From contig JAHRHZ010000088.1 in NCBI GenBank assembly GCA_024137785.1, positions 12,467,778 through 12,531,777 on the forward strand: a stretch of DNA of 64,000 nucleotides. Direction: 5' to 3'. The stretch is from Ginglymostoma cirratum. Lineage: Eukaryota. Shown piece by piece: positions 38,801-50,489 of this stretch. Within the stretch, counting starts at the first letter, position 1. Every line of letters starts with the position of its first letter. The notes below the pieces were generated by a model that made no database searches, had not been told where the DNA came from, and saw only the letters and a program-made list of their open reading frames with translations. Made by a program: the position numbers and the translations under genes.

Positions 38801-40290
38801 ACACAATTTAAGGATTAGTAAAATCATTAAAAAGGTTCATCTAAAATACTGAAAATTTCCTCCTTAAAAAGCTCTTTATGGCTTATTCTGCTAAATTTTA
38901 CTACCAATTTACTTGCATGTAATTTCACTGTTACTTCCAGTATATGTGTTATACTATATGCACTTGGATCAAACTTGTTATGGAAGTTGTTCCCTGCTGA
39001 AACAACTCCGGACAGGTAAATGCAGTATTTTATTTGTAACAGCAAACATCACCAAACCAACAAAAGAAAAAACAGCTGGTTGAATCTGAATCTTACAAAT
39101 AGTGAATCAAGGAAGAATATCAAACTGAACAAAGATCTTTGTTTATGCCACATCTAAAATTGTAGTGCACAGTGACAGGAGCTCTCAAAGTCCCTCTACT
39201 CCATGCAATTTATATGAAATATATCATATTTTGCTCTACTTACCATAGTGTTAAAAAGGAGTGAAGAAAGTATTTTACAACATGCAATTATACCCTGCTG
39301 TTTAAAACTCCATAACTACTATATTCCTTGTTGAGCGGCATGCGAAGAGGAACCAAATAATCTTCAGGCTCCCCCAACTGTAGATTTTCTTTACTTTCTA
39401 CTAAACTTCTGCACCATACAAATAGTTCTAGTCTGCAGTCAGGCATCATGATACTTGTACTCATTCTCATTATTACTTGTCTTACATCTAAATGTCTGGT
39501 GTTTAGGTGTCCAACTGCCTCACTTTTTTTTCCCCTCCTTTTCTATGGCCAGGTCTCTATCAACTCTAGTCTTGTTACCGCTCTTTGATAAGACCTCTGG
39601 TTGCACAATCTACCTCATCCCTTTTCCAGGCTTCAGTTTAGTCCAACCCAAACAATCAAAATATCGCCCCAGTTTTTCAGTGCTTGATTTCTATGTCAGC
39701 CTTTCCAACTTTAATCCATATAAAGCAGCTTCCTTGATGCTACATGCAGGCACAGCTTTGTCACATAACCAAGCATTACTACAAGTTTCCACTTTATTAC
39801 AGCAGCCCACTTCAGTGAATGCCAGAAACAATATTATGTGTGCGGATTGAAAAAAACATCCAGTTTTGATGGGAACCAGGAAATCTATAAATTAGGAAAT
39901 AGATTGTCGTCTGCATCATCACAGGAATACAAGAAAATACGGGAATTGTCCCACAGAGATGAAAGTGCTGTGCCATAAGTGCAATGGCTTTTCAAGTGAT
40001 TTGTAGTCTGTAATGCATCTTCATTTGCATCTTAATTTTTCAGCACACAATCAAAACTGCATAAATGCAGCTTGATGGGGAACGAGTAATGCAAGACTTG
40101 TCACAAGTGGTACCTACTGAAACACCACTTGATTTCACTCGGATAATAATTGCAACGAGTACTTTAAGTGTTAAATAAGTTACAGATTTTCCACTTCATT
40201 GAAATTAAAATCAGAAGGCAGATCCAATCAGAATTGAAGGCACTGGCATGCCTTGATGTTGCTGATAGTTACAGTTCTTGCAATGACTTA

Positions 40291-40456
40291 TTACTCTTTA
40301 CTGAATTTAAGTTCATTGAGCTCATCTGAATCAAGTTCACAAAGTGGCTCCCGCCAAAATGCAAAATGGCTGTATTCAGGGTAGAGAAAAGCCGAGCTTC
40401 TTTCTTGTGCAATTAGTGGAAATACATGTTCCACTAACTCACCCAACCTTGGATAC
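40291..40456 (-). CDS. LPIN3: Lipin (LPIN3-like), last coding exon
   Basis: Acceptor tttttcccctcag|G; YPRLGELVEHVFPLIAQERSSAFLYPEYSHFAFWREPLCELDSDELNELKFSKE*; lipin C-terminal WREPL motif. Confidence 0.9.
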
Positions 40457-41804
40457 CTGAGGGGAAAAACAAACATTTTTAGAAATAGATGCAAAACATC
40501 CTCACAAATCATTTTACTGGCATACAAAATGTGTGATAATATCACACTTAAGACACATAAAACATTTCTGCTCATCTGAGCATGCTAATTGCCCTTGCAC
40601 CAAATGGCTGGCTCGGACCATCTCAGACCGCAATTAAAAGTCACAATTAGGCCTGACTGAGTAAGCACAATACATTTCTGTCCTAAAAGACAGAGAACCA
40701 GATGGGTTTTTACAACAATCAATAACAGTTGCATTCAATAGTTCAATCAATAAACAGTAGTAACAAGTCAAAAGGTTGAAGTAATGGCTGCCATTTTGGC
40801 AATGACACTTGAACAATTTATTCTAATTTACTTTCCATTATTACACATTAAATACAACCATGAAGGGCCACCCAGAATTAGGAACATGCCATTGTAATTT
40901 TGACAACATTAGACTACAAACAGCCCTGCAACTCCTGTACTTTGTAGCATTAAAGTGCAACATCAGTACTACTTATGCATATCATTCATATTTGTAATCA
41001 TCACTGGAACCAGAGTTTAGCGGATAGGCATCATCTACTCAAGGTATTTCAAATGAAAAGGGGATTTAGAGAGACAGATTTAGATAAACAATTTCCTTCT
41101 ACCGGGGGAACCAAGGCGGCAGCAGTATAACTTTAAATTCAGTCATTCAAGTCTGAAGCAAGGAAACACTTCATTTCTTCCACAAAAGGCTAGTGGAAAG
41201 GCTGTTGGATTGAGATTTTCAAGACTGAGACCAATATCTTTCTACTGGGTAAAAATATCAATATGTGTAGAACAATGGTGGGTTAATGAAGCTGTGGTAT
41301 TGATCGATTATGATCGAACTGAATTAAATTGAATGGCACAACAGAGAGAAGGGGATTAATCAAATTTTTTTTCCCATGTTAATTCTTCAAAATCCTGGAA
41401 AATGTACACAATACAAAAATCAGAATTTCTTCAAGACTGGGAGGAGAAACCCAAACAAATACTTTGCAGTAAAGCTCATCAGCTGTTCTACACTGCTGAT
41501 TGATTTGTATCAGTTCCACAACAGAATAAAAAACTAAACATTTCGCCTTTTGAGGATGCAACCAATAAAGGAACTGTCGTGCCCACTAGTCACAAAAAGC
41601 CCGAGGAATAGGGATTGGAAACATGATCTTTCTCAAGGGTAATCAACAGACCTACTCATTCAGGTGTAATTCCAGTTGTGCATTCTACTGTAGTAATTAT
41701 TTTGTTTTGTATGTCTGCAATGATTACAAAAAATAATTTTAAATATGCTTAAATACACAGTTTATAAATTGATTGTATTTTGATTAGCGTTGCTGGCTAC
41801 TTAC

Positions 41805-41908
41805 GATGATTTGTTGCTCTTGGTTTGTTCCTGAATTAATTCTCCTTTGGGATTTACTATGAAAATTCTGCTTTCTTGGACTCTGACTTGTTTGTAGGCA
41901 TAAGCATC
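41805..41908 (-). CDS. LPIN3: Lipin exon (C-LIP domain)
   Basis: [34 protein letters not shown]; 104 nt; cag| acceptor and |gtaagt donor. Confidence 0.92.
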
Positions 41909-42431
41909 CTGCAATTGAATTGAAATCGAAATTAGCAAACAGTTTAAGAAACGACTTGAGCTTTTGAATAAAGCCTCATTCACAAAGAAAAGCTTTCATG
42001 AATCAACTGTTGGATCATACTGGCCAGGCAGGTTAGCAAAAACAGTGCTGGTTTCACTGTTAAAATCATGCAAATCCAAGCCCCAGACTTGCCTGACACA
42101 TGGAATTTGCTGGCTTCAATTGTGATGGTTTATCAATTCTTAGCAAGCATGGTATGAACATTCCGCCCTGAAGAAATCGTATAACCAACACTGTCCACTT
42201 CCAATGGCTGCAACCATTTTCTGTTGGCTGATCATAGGACACCAATGTCCTCTGAGAAATCCACAAGGATAACACCTGCCCAGCCTGCCTCCAGAAGTTT
42301 TACTTTGATGAGCGGTATACATGAGGGGCGGATGAGCACAGAAAATGGGAGAAATTGGATTATAACAGTATTTAGTTGCAAGATTGTTTGCTTGTGCATT
42401 CAGCTCTTACTTTAAAAGACACTTCACTTAC

Positions 42432-42546
42432 ATTACTCCTGTTTCCAAAAGCAGCATAAAATGGACACCTATGTGGATTAAATAGATTCCTGATATCATT
42501 CAGGCAATGAATTTTGAACACTTCTGGTTTCTTCTCAATAACTTCC
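42432..42546 (-). CDS. LPIN3: Lipin exon (C-LIP domain)
   Basis: [38 protein letters not shown] with the HAD-type FGNR motif; 115 nt; canonical splice sites. Confidence 0.93.
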
Positions 42547-43944
42547 CTGAAAACAGAAGAAACAAGTCTTTGGCATTATACAGAAACATATTACTACAAA
42601 AAATGTTTGTTAGTCCTAATAAATGCGGATAAAATACATACTCTGACAATCAGAATGATCCATCACTACAATTCAAAGGCATTACTCAAAAGGAGATTCA
42701 TTAAACAGGAAACACTCTCTCTATTATGCTCTGCTAATTTTGATAGAAGTCAAATGAGCAGCATGTTTTGAGTCGGGATCAGAGGCAAGGAAAATTTTAC
42801 ATTAAGTAGTTAATTAGATTTTCATATTTAAAACTGTGTTAATTAGCTTCACATCTTTCTGAAATAAGTCATCTTCCTGATAAGTCAATCATTTTGTCAT
42901 TTATTAAAGAAACCTACATGATGGATCTTTTTATTTTAAACCCAACACTCATAATATCTAATTGACTACATTAGTAACTGGCTAAAGTATTTAAATTTAT
43001 GTTAGTCAGTGGAGTAGTAGGCCTACAAAGGGACATAGTGCATTTCTCCAGCTCCCGCTTTTCCAGTCACATGTGTATGCAGGTGAGCAGCTTACCAACT
43101 GTTTTTGGACCCTTAGGAACTCACATAATTCCTAAAAATATACATGACAGATGATCTGGAGTTTTGAATTTAAGAACATTGTAAAAAGAAAGTCACTCAA
43201 ATTCATCAAGATTTTCCCCATTATTTGGTAGAGTGATGTACCGCATTCATTGTCAATTTTGTGATTTTATTGAAACCAACTTTTCTATTTGGATTAATGA
43301 TGCCAAATCCCAATGTACAGCAATTGATGTCAATTACAGACCACCAGCAAACACTCCTACTGACTCAATGAAGGTTTATCTAATTTTCCCTAATAGATTT
43401 CTAATTACCATAATCATTAAATAACTTCATTGACTAATAAAGTTACTGAATGATAGCTTTGGTACTTTTCATGAATATAGTATCATGTTGATCATTTTTA
43501 CTTAAAAAGGTAGCAAAGCAGTTTCTTTCTTTCCTTTTATTGACTTTTCAGCAATACAATCCTCAATTTACAAAAAATAAATAGAAAAGTGATTGAAATT
43601 GCAATAGTCTCATGCACTTGATTTTTGACATGAATAATGTTACATGTTATTAACTATGTTTTTGACAATTCTGGTGACAACAATGACGACACCATCACTG
43701 CCACCACCATGTAATAAGGAATTCTCAAACAGGCAATTTTGTTGTGATAAAGTCTCTTATGACCGTAAGTGAAAACTATTTTTTTCTCACAAAGTACAAA
43801 CACATGGAAAAATTATCCACCTTAAAAGTGACTGCACCTTTAAGTTTAAATGATGATTGAAGCACAATTAAATTTAAAATTATAAATATATGATGGCAAC
43901 TTCATTATTGATAAAAATACATAAATACTGAAAAGATTCACTAC

Positions 43945-44097
43945 CTGTGTAGTGCTGAAATCAAACTACTCGGAGCCAGCAGGAGTGGTCCTCTGGGAAG
44001 CACAGTACCTCTATCATTAACCCAGTGTAAGTATCCCCTGGTTATATCTGCCATTCCAATGGCACGGGCAGAGCAGTAAAGAAATTTGTATCCATTC
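43945..44097 (-). CDS. LPIN3: Lipin exon (C-LIP domain)
   Basis: [50 protein letters not shown]; 153 nt; SARAIG lipin motif. Confidence 0.94.
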
Positions 44098-44748
44098 CTG
44101 TACAAATAGTCAAATAAAATAATTAATGAAAATAGTATACTTCACTTGTGTCAGGTAAAAATTACTTTACTACAATTTATTTCCCTTGGTCTAGTGCTTA
44201 TCAGCATATTAAACTGCAAGACATAGATATTAATTAATATAAAGAAAACATCAGTTCTTAAAAAAAACTTCACATTTTTGACAAAGAGTTCCATACAACA
44301 CTACTGTCGAACAACTATCCCAAGTTATTTTGAAAAGACAGAGAATTGTAAAGAAGTAAAATAATGTTTTGCCTATTAACAAATGCTTGCTGCTTTAAAA
44401 AAAAGCACACTGTGGTTTCTATTTTGTAATGATGTTAACAAGAATGGAATTTGACTTGGTTTGCAATGAAACACATGTTGGTATGCTTGACTGACATAAT
44501 GGCCTGTTTCTGCCTCATCCTATTCAATATGTATTTCATTAATTTCAAGAATTGATACATTAAATAAACTGAACACTCAAAAGCACATACTCCTTGCACT
44601 TAGGAATGAAGGTCAACTCTATCTTGAGTGTTATCTCTATCAGAAGGAAACATAGCTTGGGAATTACTAACTTATTTGAAATTCACAACAGAAAAATGAT
44701 AGAAACTTATCCAGTGGTACAGGTTTACTGATCTGACCTAAAATTGAG

Positions 44749-45260
44749 TGAGATAACAAGGTGTAGAGCTGGATGAACACAGCAGGCCNNNNNNNNNNNN
44801 NNNNNNNNNNNNNNNNNNNNNNNNNNNNNNNNNNNNNNNNNNNNNNNNNNNNNNNNNNNNNNNNNNNNNNNNNNNNNNNNNNNNNNNNNNNNNNNNNNNN
44901 NNNNNNNNNNNNNNNNNNNNNNNNNNNNNNNNNNNNNNNNNNNNNNNNNNNNNNNNNNNNNNNNNNNNNNNNNNNNNNNNNNNNNNNNNNNNNNNNNNNN
45001 NNNNNNNNNNNNNNNNNNNNNNNNNNNNNNNNNNNNNNNNNNNNNNNNNNNNNNNNNNNNNNNNNNNNNNNNNNNNNNNNNNNNNNNNNNNNNNNNNNNN
45101 NNNNNNNNNNNNNNNNNNNNNNNNNNNNNNNNNNNNNNNNNNNNNNNNNNNNNNNNNNNNNNNNNNNNNNNNNNNNNNNNNNNNNNNNGGCCTGCTGTGT
45201 TCATCCAGCTCTACACCTTGTTATCTCAGATTCTCCAGCGTCTGCAGTTCCTACTATCTC
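44749..45260. mobile_element. Hairpin Penelope-like element spanning an assembly gap
   Basis: Perfect 40-bp inverted repeats 44749-44788 and 45189-45228 around 400 Ns; 11-bp direct repeat ctaaaattgag at 44738 and 45260. Confidence 0.75.
44789..45188. other. Assembly gap (400 N)
   Basis: Run of N. Confidence 1.
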
Positions 45261-46910
45261 TAAAATTGAGCGATATTGATCTTGCTTTTAAGCTTGCCTC
45301 AGTTCCCAACATTCAGTAACATCGCTACTCTGCTGAGCAGAAATATTTGTCACAACACTTCACAACAGTTTTGAAACTAATTTTCCCAATATTGTGAAAA
45401 AGACGAAAATGATGACATTTAGAATCAACAGACAACTTGGCAGTGTTCAGTGCTTCAGAGATTTCAGCCTTTACTAATTTCAGTTACTTCTCAATTTTTT
45501 CATTAAATACCACCATCTGCAAGCACCTTTCCAGGCCATCCAACATAATATTGTCTTTCAATGTCACAAGGTCAAAATCCTGGGGCTCCATCTCTAACAG
45601 CTCTCTTAGCAGGTGATCCAACATCTCATAACTAGTGATTCAAGAAAGCAGCTCATCACTACCTTCTCAAGGGCAGCTAGGGACAGGCAATAAATAGTGG
45701 TTTTTCCCAGCGTGGCCCACATCCCATGCAAAAAATGAAAACCTCACACAGTATCACACTGCAATGCAGCACAGAAATTTAAATTAGAAACCAAGTCAAA
45801 CCGACGTAAACACAGCTTTCTGGTTAATTTAAATTGGACAATTCAATACATGGAATTTAGATTTCCCAGCTTTACAGTTCCTATTTTTTTAAAAAGTCTA
45901 ATTGCTGGATAATACTTTTTTTTTAAGCAGATACAGAAAGAGAATTAATATTTTAAGTCCAATGTGACTCCTCTTCAGAATTGTTGATTTACTGATGTTT
46001 GATGATCATTTAACTGATGTTACTTAAATACATGTTTATTAAAACTCCAACCTAAATTTCCTACTGATGGACTAAAAATCAAGTCTTCTGGCTTTATAAA
46101 GCAAGCCATTTTTTTGCCTCTATATTTTTAGACAAGAAATCAAAATACTTTGAAAATAAAACATCCTGTGCTCAAATTATTGATCAGAATTATCATCAGT
46201 TAATCATATTAGGAATCCCACAGTAAAAATGTAAAATAAACTATTCTTAAATCTCTATTCTAAATAGCTGAAACTATAGAAAAACAAACGGTAACATTAT
46301 CATGTAAAATATTTCACACCACCTGGTGGTGAAATCTAAAAAAGACTACAAACAAGATTTCTTGAAGCTCAGTGTCAATTAATTCTCAGAAAATTCAGCT
46401 ATATTTGGTTGTCAGCATATGTTATCAGTGAATGAATTAACATCTGCATAGTTAACAAAAATCCAAAAAATTTTAAGTCAAAGTCTGAGTTTACAACAAA
46501 TTTTGTCTCCGTGCACTGATGAGTTCTTAACTAAATTATACCCTGATTATTTTCAATTTATGTGATTTGAGTCAAAAAAGTAATGCTGTTTTCACAGTGT
46601 TAGTGCCCCATTTATTGGTCTGACTACTGTCCCAGAAGATCTGCCTGGCAAGGAAGACACTACTTCTCCCTCTCTCCAGTCTCAAGTTAAAATAACAGAC
46701 AAGCTCCAAAATAATATAGATTTTAAAAATAGCAGGGGTTGATAATGCAAATTTGCATAGTCAATGAGTTCCCAACCAACTTTTGGAAAAGGGCCTTGAT
46801 ACCCGCAACTTAAAATCAGAGACACCAAATTGGGTCTGGAAAGGATTGGTCAAGTCAGCATTCTGCTTAAAATAGCCAAGCCAAGGATAGGAAATATTAG
46901 ACATATAGAA

Positions 46911-47190
46911 AATCACAGAACCACAGAATCTCTACAGTGCTGATGCAGGCCGTTCAGCCCATCGCGTCCACACTGCCCATCTGAAGATCATCCCAATGCC
47001 CTAACCTATCCTTGTAACCCTGCATTTCCTATGATCCACCTAGCCTGCACATCTTTGGACTGTGGGAGCAAACCCACGGAAAGACGGGGAGAATTTGCAA
47101 ACTCCATATAGTCACTTGAGGCTGGAATCAAACCCAGGTCCCTGGCACCATGAGAAAGCAGCGCTAACCACTGAGCCACTGTGCTGCCCC
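46911..47190 (-). mobile_element. HE1-like SINE (internally deleted)
   Basis: gcgctaaccactgagccactgtgctgcccc head (reverse complement) and tail shared with the other copies. Confidence 0.8.
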
Positions 47191-47194
47191 AACC

Positions 47195-47406
47195 CATATG
47201 ACCAAAAGCCTGGGCAAAGAGGTACATTTTTAGGAGTGACCTAAAGGAGAAGAGGGCATTGCAGAGTTTAGGAGAAAGGTTGTTAATGGCAAAGATGATG
47301 CAACTAAGAAAATAATTCAACCATCATGCAACCAAGAAAACAGTAAATGTGCATTAAACCAAAACAGGAAGATCAGATATTTCAAGGGTTGTAGGGCTAG
47401 AGGAGG

Positions 47407-47455
<49 letters not shown>

Positions 47456-47790
47456 CAGAGAAAAGAGTAAGGACATGGTAGGATGTGAAAATAAAGATGA
47501 GGATTTTAAGCCGGAGGCATTGATTAACCATGAGCTGATTCAGGTCAGAAAGCACCAGAATAATGGGTGAATGGAATTTAGCGAAAGTCGGAATAGAAGT
47601 CAAAGATATTTGGATGAGTTCAAAGTCATAAAAGGTAGAAAATTACAGACCAATCGGGAAAACCTTGGAACAGTTGAAGTTTAGGCAAAAAAAAAGGCAT
47701 ATACCAGGGCTTGAGCTACAGATGGGCTACGGCATGGGTAAGGGGCAAAGTTGTAGAGTTGCAAGTAGGCAATCCTGGTGAATGCAACAT
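47195..47790 (-). mobile_element. L2-like LINE 3' fragment
   Basis: Minus-strand translation RLKILIFIFTSYH and SLLKMYLFAQAF resembles the L2 ORF2 C-terminus (FKILLL..K, LKTYLF.QAF). Confidence 0.55.
47410..47460. repeat. (GA)n/(GAGACA)n microsatellite
   Basis: Direct inspection. Confidence 0.95.
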
Positions 47791-47930
47791 GCATATGAAA
47801 ACTCAAACACAGGTGAACCAATAATATCTATGAAGCTATACTTCAGGAAGAACTGCTGTTCAATGAGTCAAAACAAAATGGGTCAATAAGAAGCACGTTT
47901 CTATAATTTAAAACAGATGTAAATACATAC

Positions 47931-48017
47931 TGATGTATCTTGTGGTAGAGTTTTGCAATGCCCTGGTGGGTCCAATCTTTCCCCAGCTGTGGTAAAATAT
48001 GGCCTAAAGCATCAGAT
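47931..48017 (-). CDS. LPIN3: Lipin exon with LxxIL coactivator motif
   Basis: [28 protein letters not shown]; 87 nt; cag|A acceptor, CA|gtatgt donor. Confidence 0.94.
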
Positions 48018-48449
48018 CTGGAAATACACAAATAATAATTGGTATTAAACATACAAAGTTGACAGTTCACTAAGGAATAGCTCAACAGCATCCGAATTCA
48101 AAACATGTGGCTCAACGTACAAGAATACATGTAGATAAGGCCTAAGGCAGAATGTTCTCCAAAGTGTTCAACTGGGAATTTAGAGTTAATTTATACTTGC
48201 GTTAAAAGATATGGGACAAAAAAATACCTTGGGCTGTTCAGCAACCTGATGATATCGGATCAACTGCCCATTAAACGAGTGTTTGAGATTCAGTTCCATC
48301 AGTTCAGGCACTGTATAAGACAGGCAACTGATCTGACACCATCCTGGATTAACTTCTACTCCATGAAGTCCAGCAGCAGTATCACTCTGAACTACTGTTG
48401 AAAGGAAAATTCTGCTATTTACTGTTAATGTTCCAAACTAACTAATGAC

Positions 48450-49060
48450 TTCCACTGAATCACAAAGGAGGCCATCTGAACAGTCGTTCATTTGCTGGCT
48501 GTTTGAAAGAACAGTCGTGCTTGTTCCAAAACCCTCACCTTCCGTTCATTATAACCTCCAGCCTATCTCCTTTTTGAAAGTTACAGAATTAGCTTCCACA
48601 CTTTTTTAGTTAAAGTATTCCAGATCCTGCATTCAAGCAGTATGAGAAATTTCCCCTCTGCTCTCCTCTAAGTCTTTTTCTAAGGATTTTGAATCCGTGA
48701 ACTCCAGTTGTTGACTCATTAGCCAGGGGTATTATATGTTCCCTATGTAATCTATCAAAACCCCTCTGATTATCCAGTAAAGCTTTACTGGCTTACCTAA
48801 GCCTTCTGTTCCAAGGGGGCCATTCCCAATTTCTCCAATCTATCTTCATAAATGAAGTCCCTTAGCTTCCTTCAGTGCCCCTTTTCTGAGGCTTTTACAT
48901 CTTTCTTGAAGTAGTGGTCCACAATACTTCAGCTGAGGCCTAACCAATGGTTTATGAAATTCTAGGATGATGTCACGGCGTTGATATTTTATGCCTCTTA
49001 TTTATAACTTCAAGTAACAACTTAGATTTTTAATCACCTTATCAAGACACTCTGCCACAT
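48450..49060 (-). mobile_element. Degenerate CR1 LINE 3' fragment
   Basis: cacaatacttcagctgaggcctaacc (VRPQLKYC on -), a CR1 ORF2 motif. Confidence 0.6.
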
Positions 49061-49684
49061 TTAACCATATTGTATTGAGTTCTGGTAAACAATGAAAAGG
49101 TACTCAAAAATTTTTATCCCTTCAGACCTCACAATTAGAGATTTAAAAAATATCACTTTTTCTTTGTTTCTTCTAACTCTCTCCTTTATTCCCATTTGAG
49201 AGCATCAACATCCCACATACACTCATATTTTAGTACAAGATAATGGGGATAATAGTTATTTTTTTTTCTACGCAAGGCATTGGGCTGACAGAACAAAAGT
49301 CTGTACATTTAGATGACTGCACGGTCAATCTATAGCTATGAAAATCTATGCATTTACATTTCACGTTTTAAACCAGCAATCACACTGTAGTAGAGGGACA
49401 AAAGAATCAGGACTCATAAGTGTACAACAACCAGAGTGTACAGTTATGTAGGCTTCATTATACTTCTCAGTTGGTACAGTGATCATTATGTTTTGTAAAT
49501 CTTGGAATATGGTTCAAGAACTTTTTCTCAGCATGGAAAGAAACAGGTTTAATTCGCATTACCATGAAAATGCAAAAATAAAAAATGACAATTACAACGC
49601 AAGTTCTGGCTTCCTATTAAGCTATACATTCTTTTAATGTAAGCAAATTTCAGCAAAAATAATTAGGGGTACAGTCAAACTTAC

Positions 49685-49833
49685 TTTGTTATTGTGCCAT
49701 CGATGTCAGATATAATAACTTTATCATCCCAGTTCCAGAGGTAAATGGTACCTTCACACCGACAGGTTCCCTGATATTGAGTTGTCACACTGAACACAGC
49801 ATTATTTGGGCCATCCTTCAGATTCAGACTTTT
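49685..49833 (-). CDS. LPIN3: Lipin exon with DxDxT catalytic motif
   Basis: [49 protein letters not shown]; 149 nt; DIDGT intact. Confidence 0.95.
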
Positions 49834-50489
49834 CTAAAAAGAAGACAGAAACAAATATACTGACAATAATTCAACATTGTAAAATTAAACACTGCTAGTT
49901 CACTCTAAATAAGACTTTGAAGTCAGTGGTGAAGTAATAGCATCATTGTTGCCCAGAAAGAAAGCTGCACACAAAGTTCCAGCTCTCTCTCTCTCTCTCT
50001 GACCATCTCACTTTTTCCAATGGCACATGGAATTTTACAGTTATTTCTTCACAGTCGTTGGAAACTCCGAACCTTACAGTACTGTGGGAGTACCTATACC
50101 ACGTGAACTGTAGCAGTTCACCACCACCCTCTTGAAGACGATCACGGATGGACAATAAATATTACGCTGAGATGAGACACCTGCATCATGCATTCAAATA
50201 AGAAAACTTGCACCTGAATGCATGAACCCTTAAGATTTTCTATGTATTAAATAGAGCGCTAGTAGGAAGTATCCAACTTTTACTTTTACATAGATTTCAA
50301 TCTGAGTCTACCGGTGAGATGTTTTTATAGCATAGCCTGTGGAGGAGTAGTAAGGTAATTCTGACCTTAATTAAGGATTTCTATGTTTGACAGCACATGG
50401 GTGCAGTCTTTGATTTACCGTGCAACAGCAGTTTTAATTGTTTACTTTACCACAATTCTCAACAAAGTCCAGCACACAATTAAACGCTT

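Noticed and set aside
39455-39850. 131-aa ORF
   Set aside because: Non-ATG start, antisense to the lipin 3'UTR, and no protein-like composition or splice support.
44725-45279. Two ORFs of 159 and 168 aa
   Set aside because: Artefacts of the N run and its inverted arms.
46745-46758. Palindromic double octamer ATGCAAATTTGCAT
   Set aside because: A single AT-rich 14-mer with no snRNA or promoter context; may be chance.
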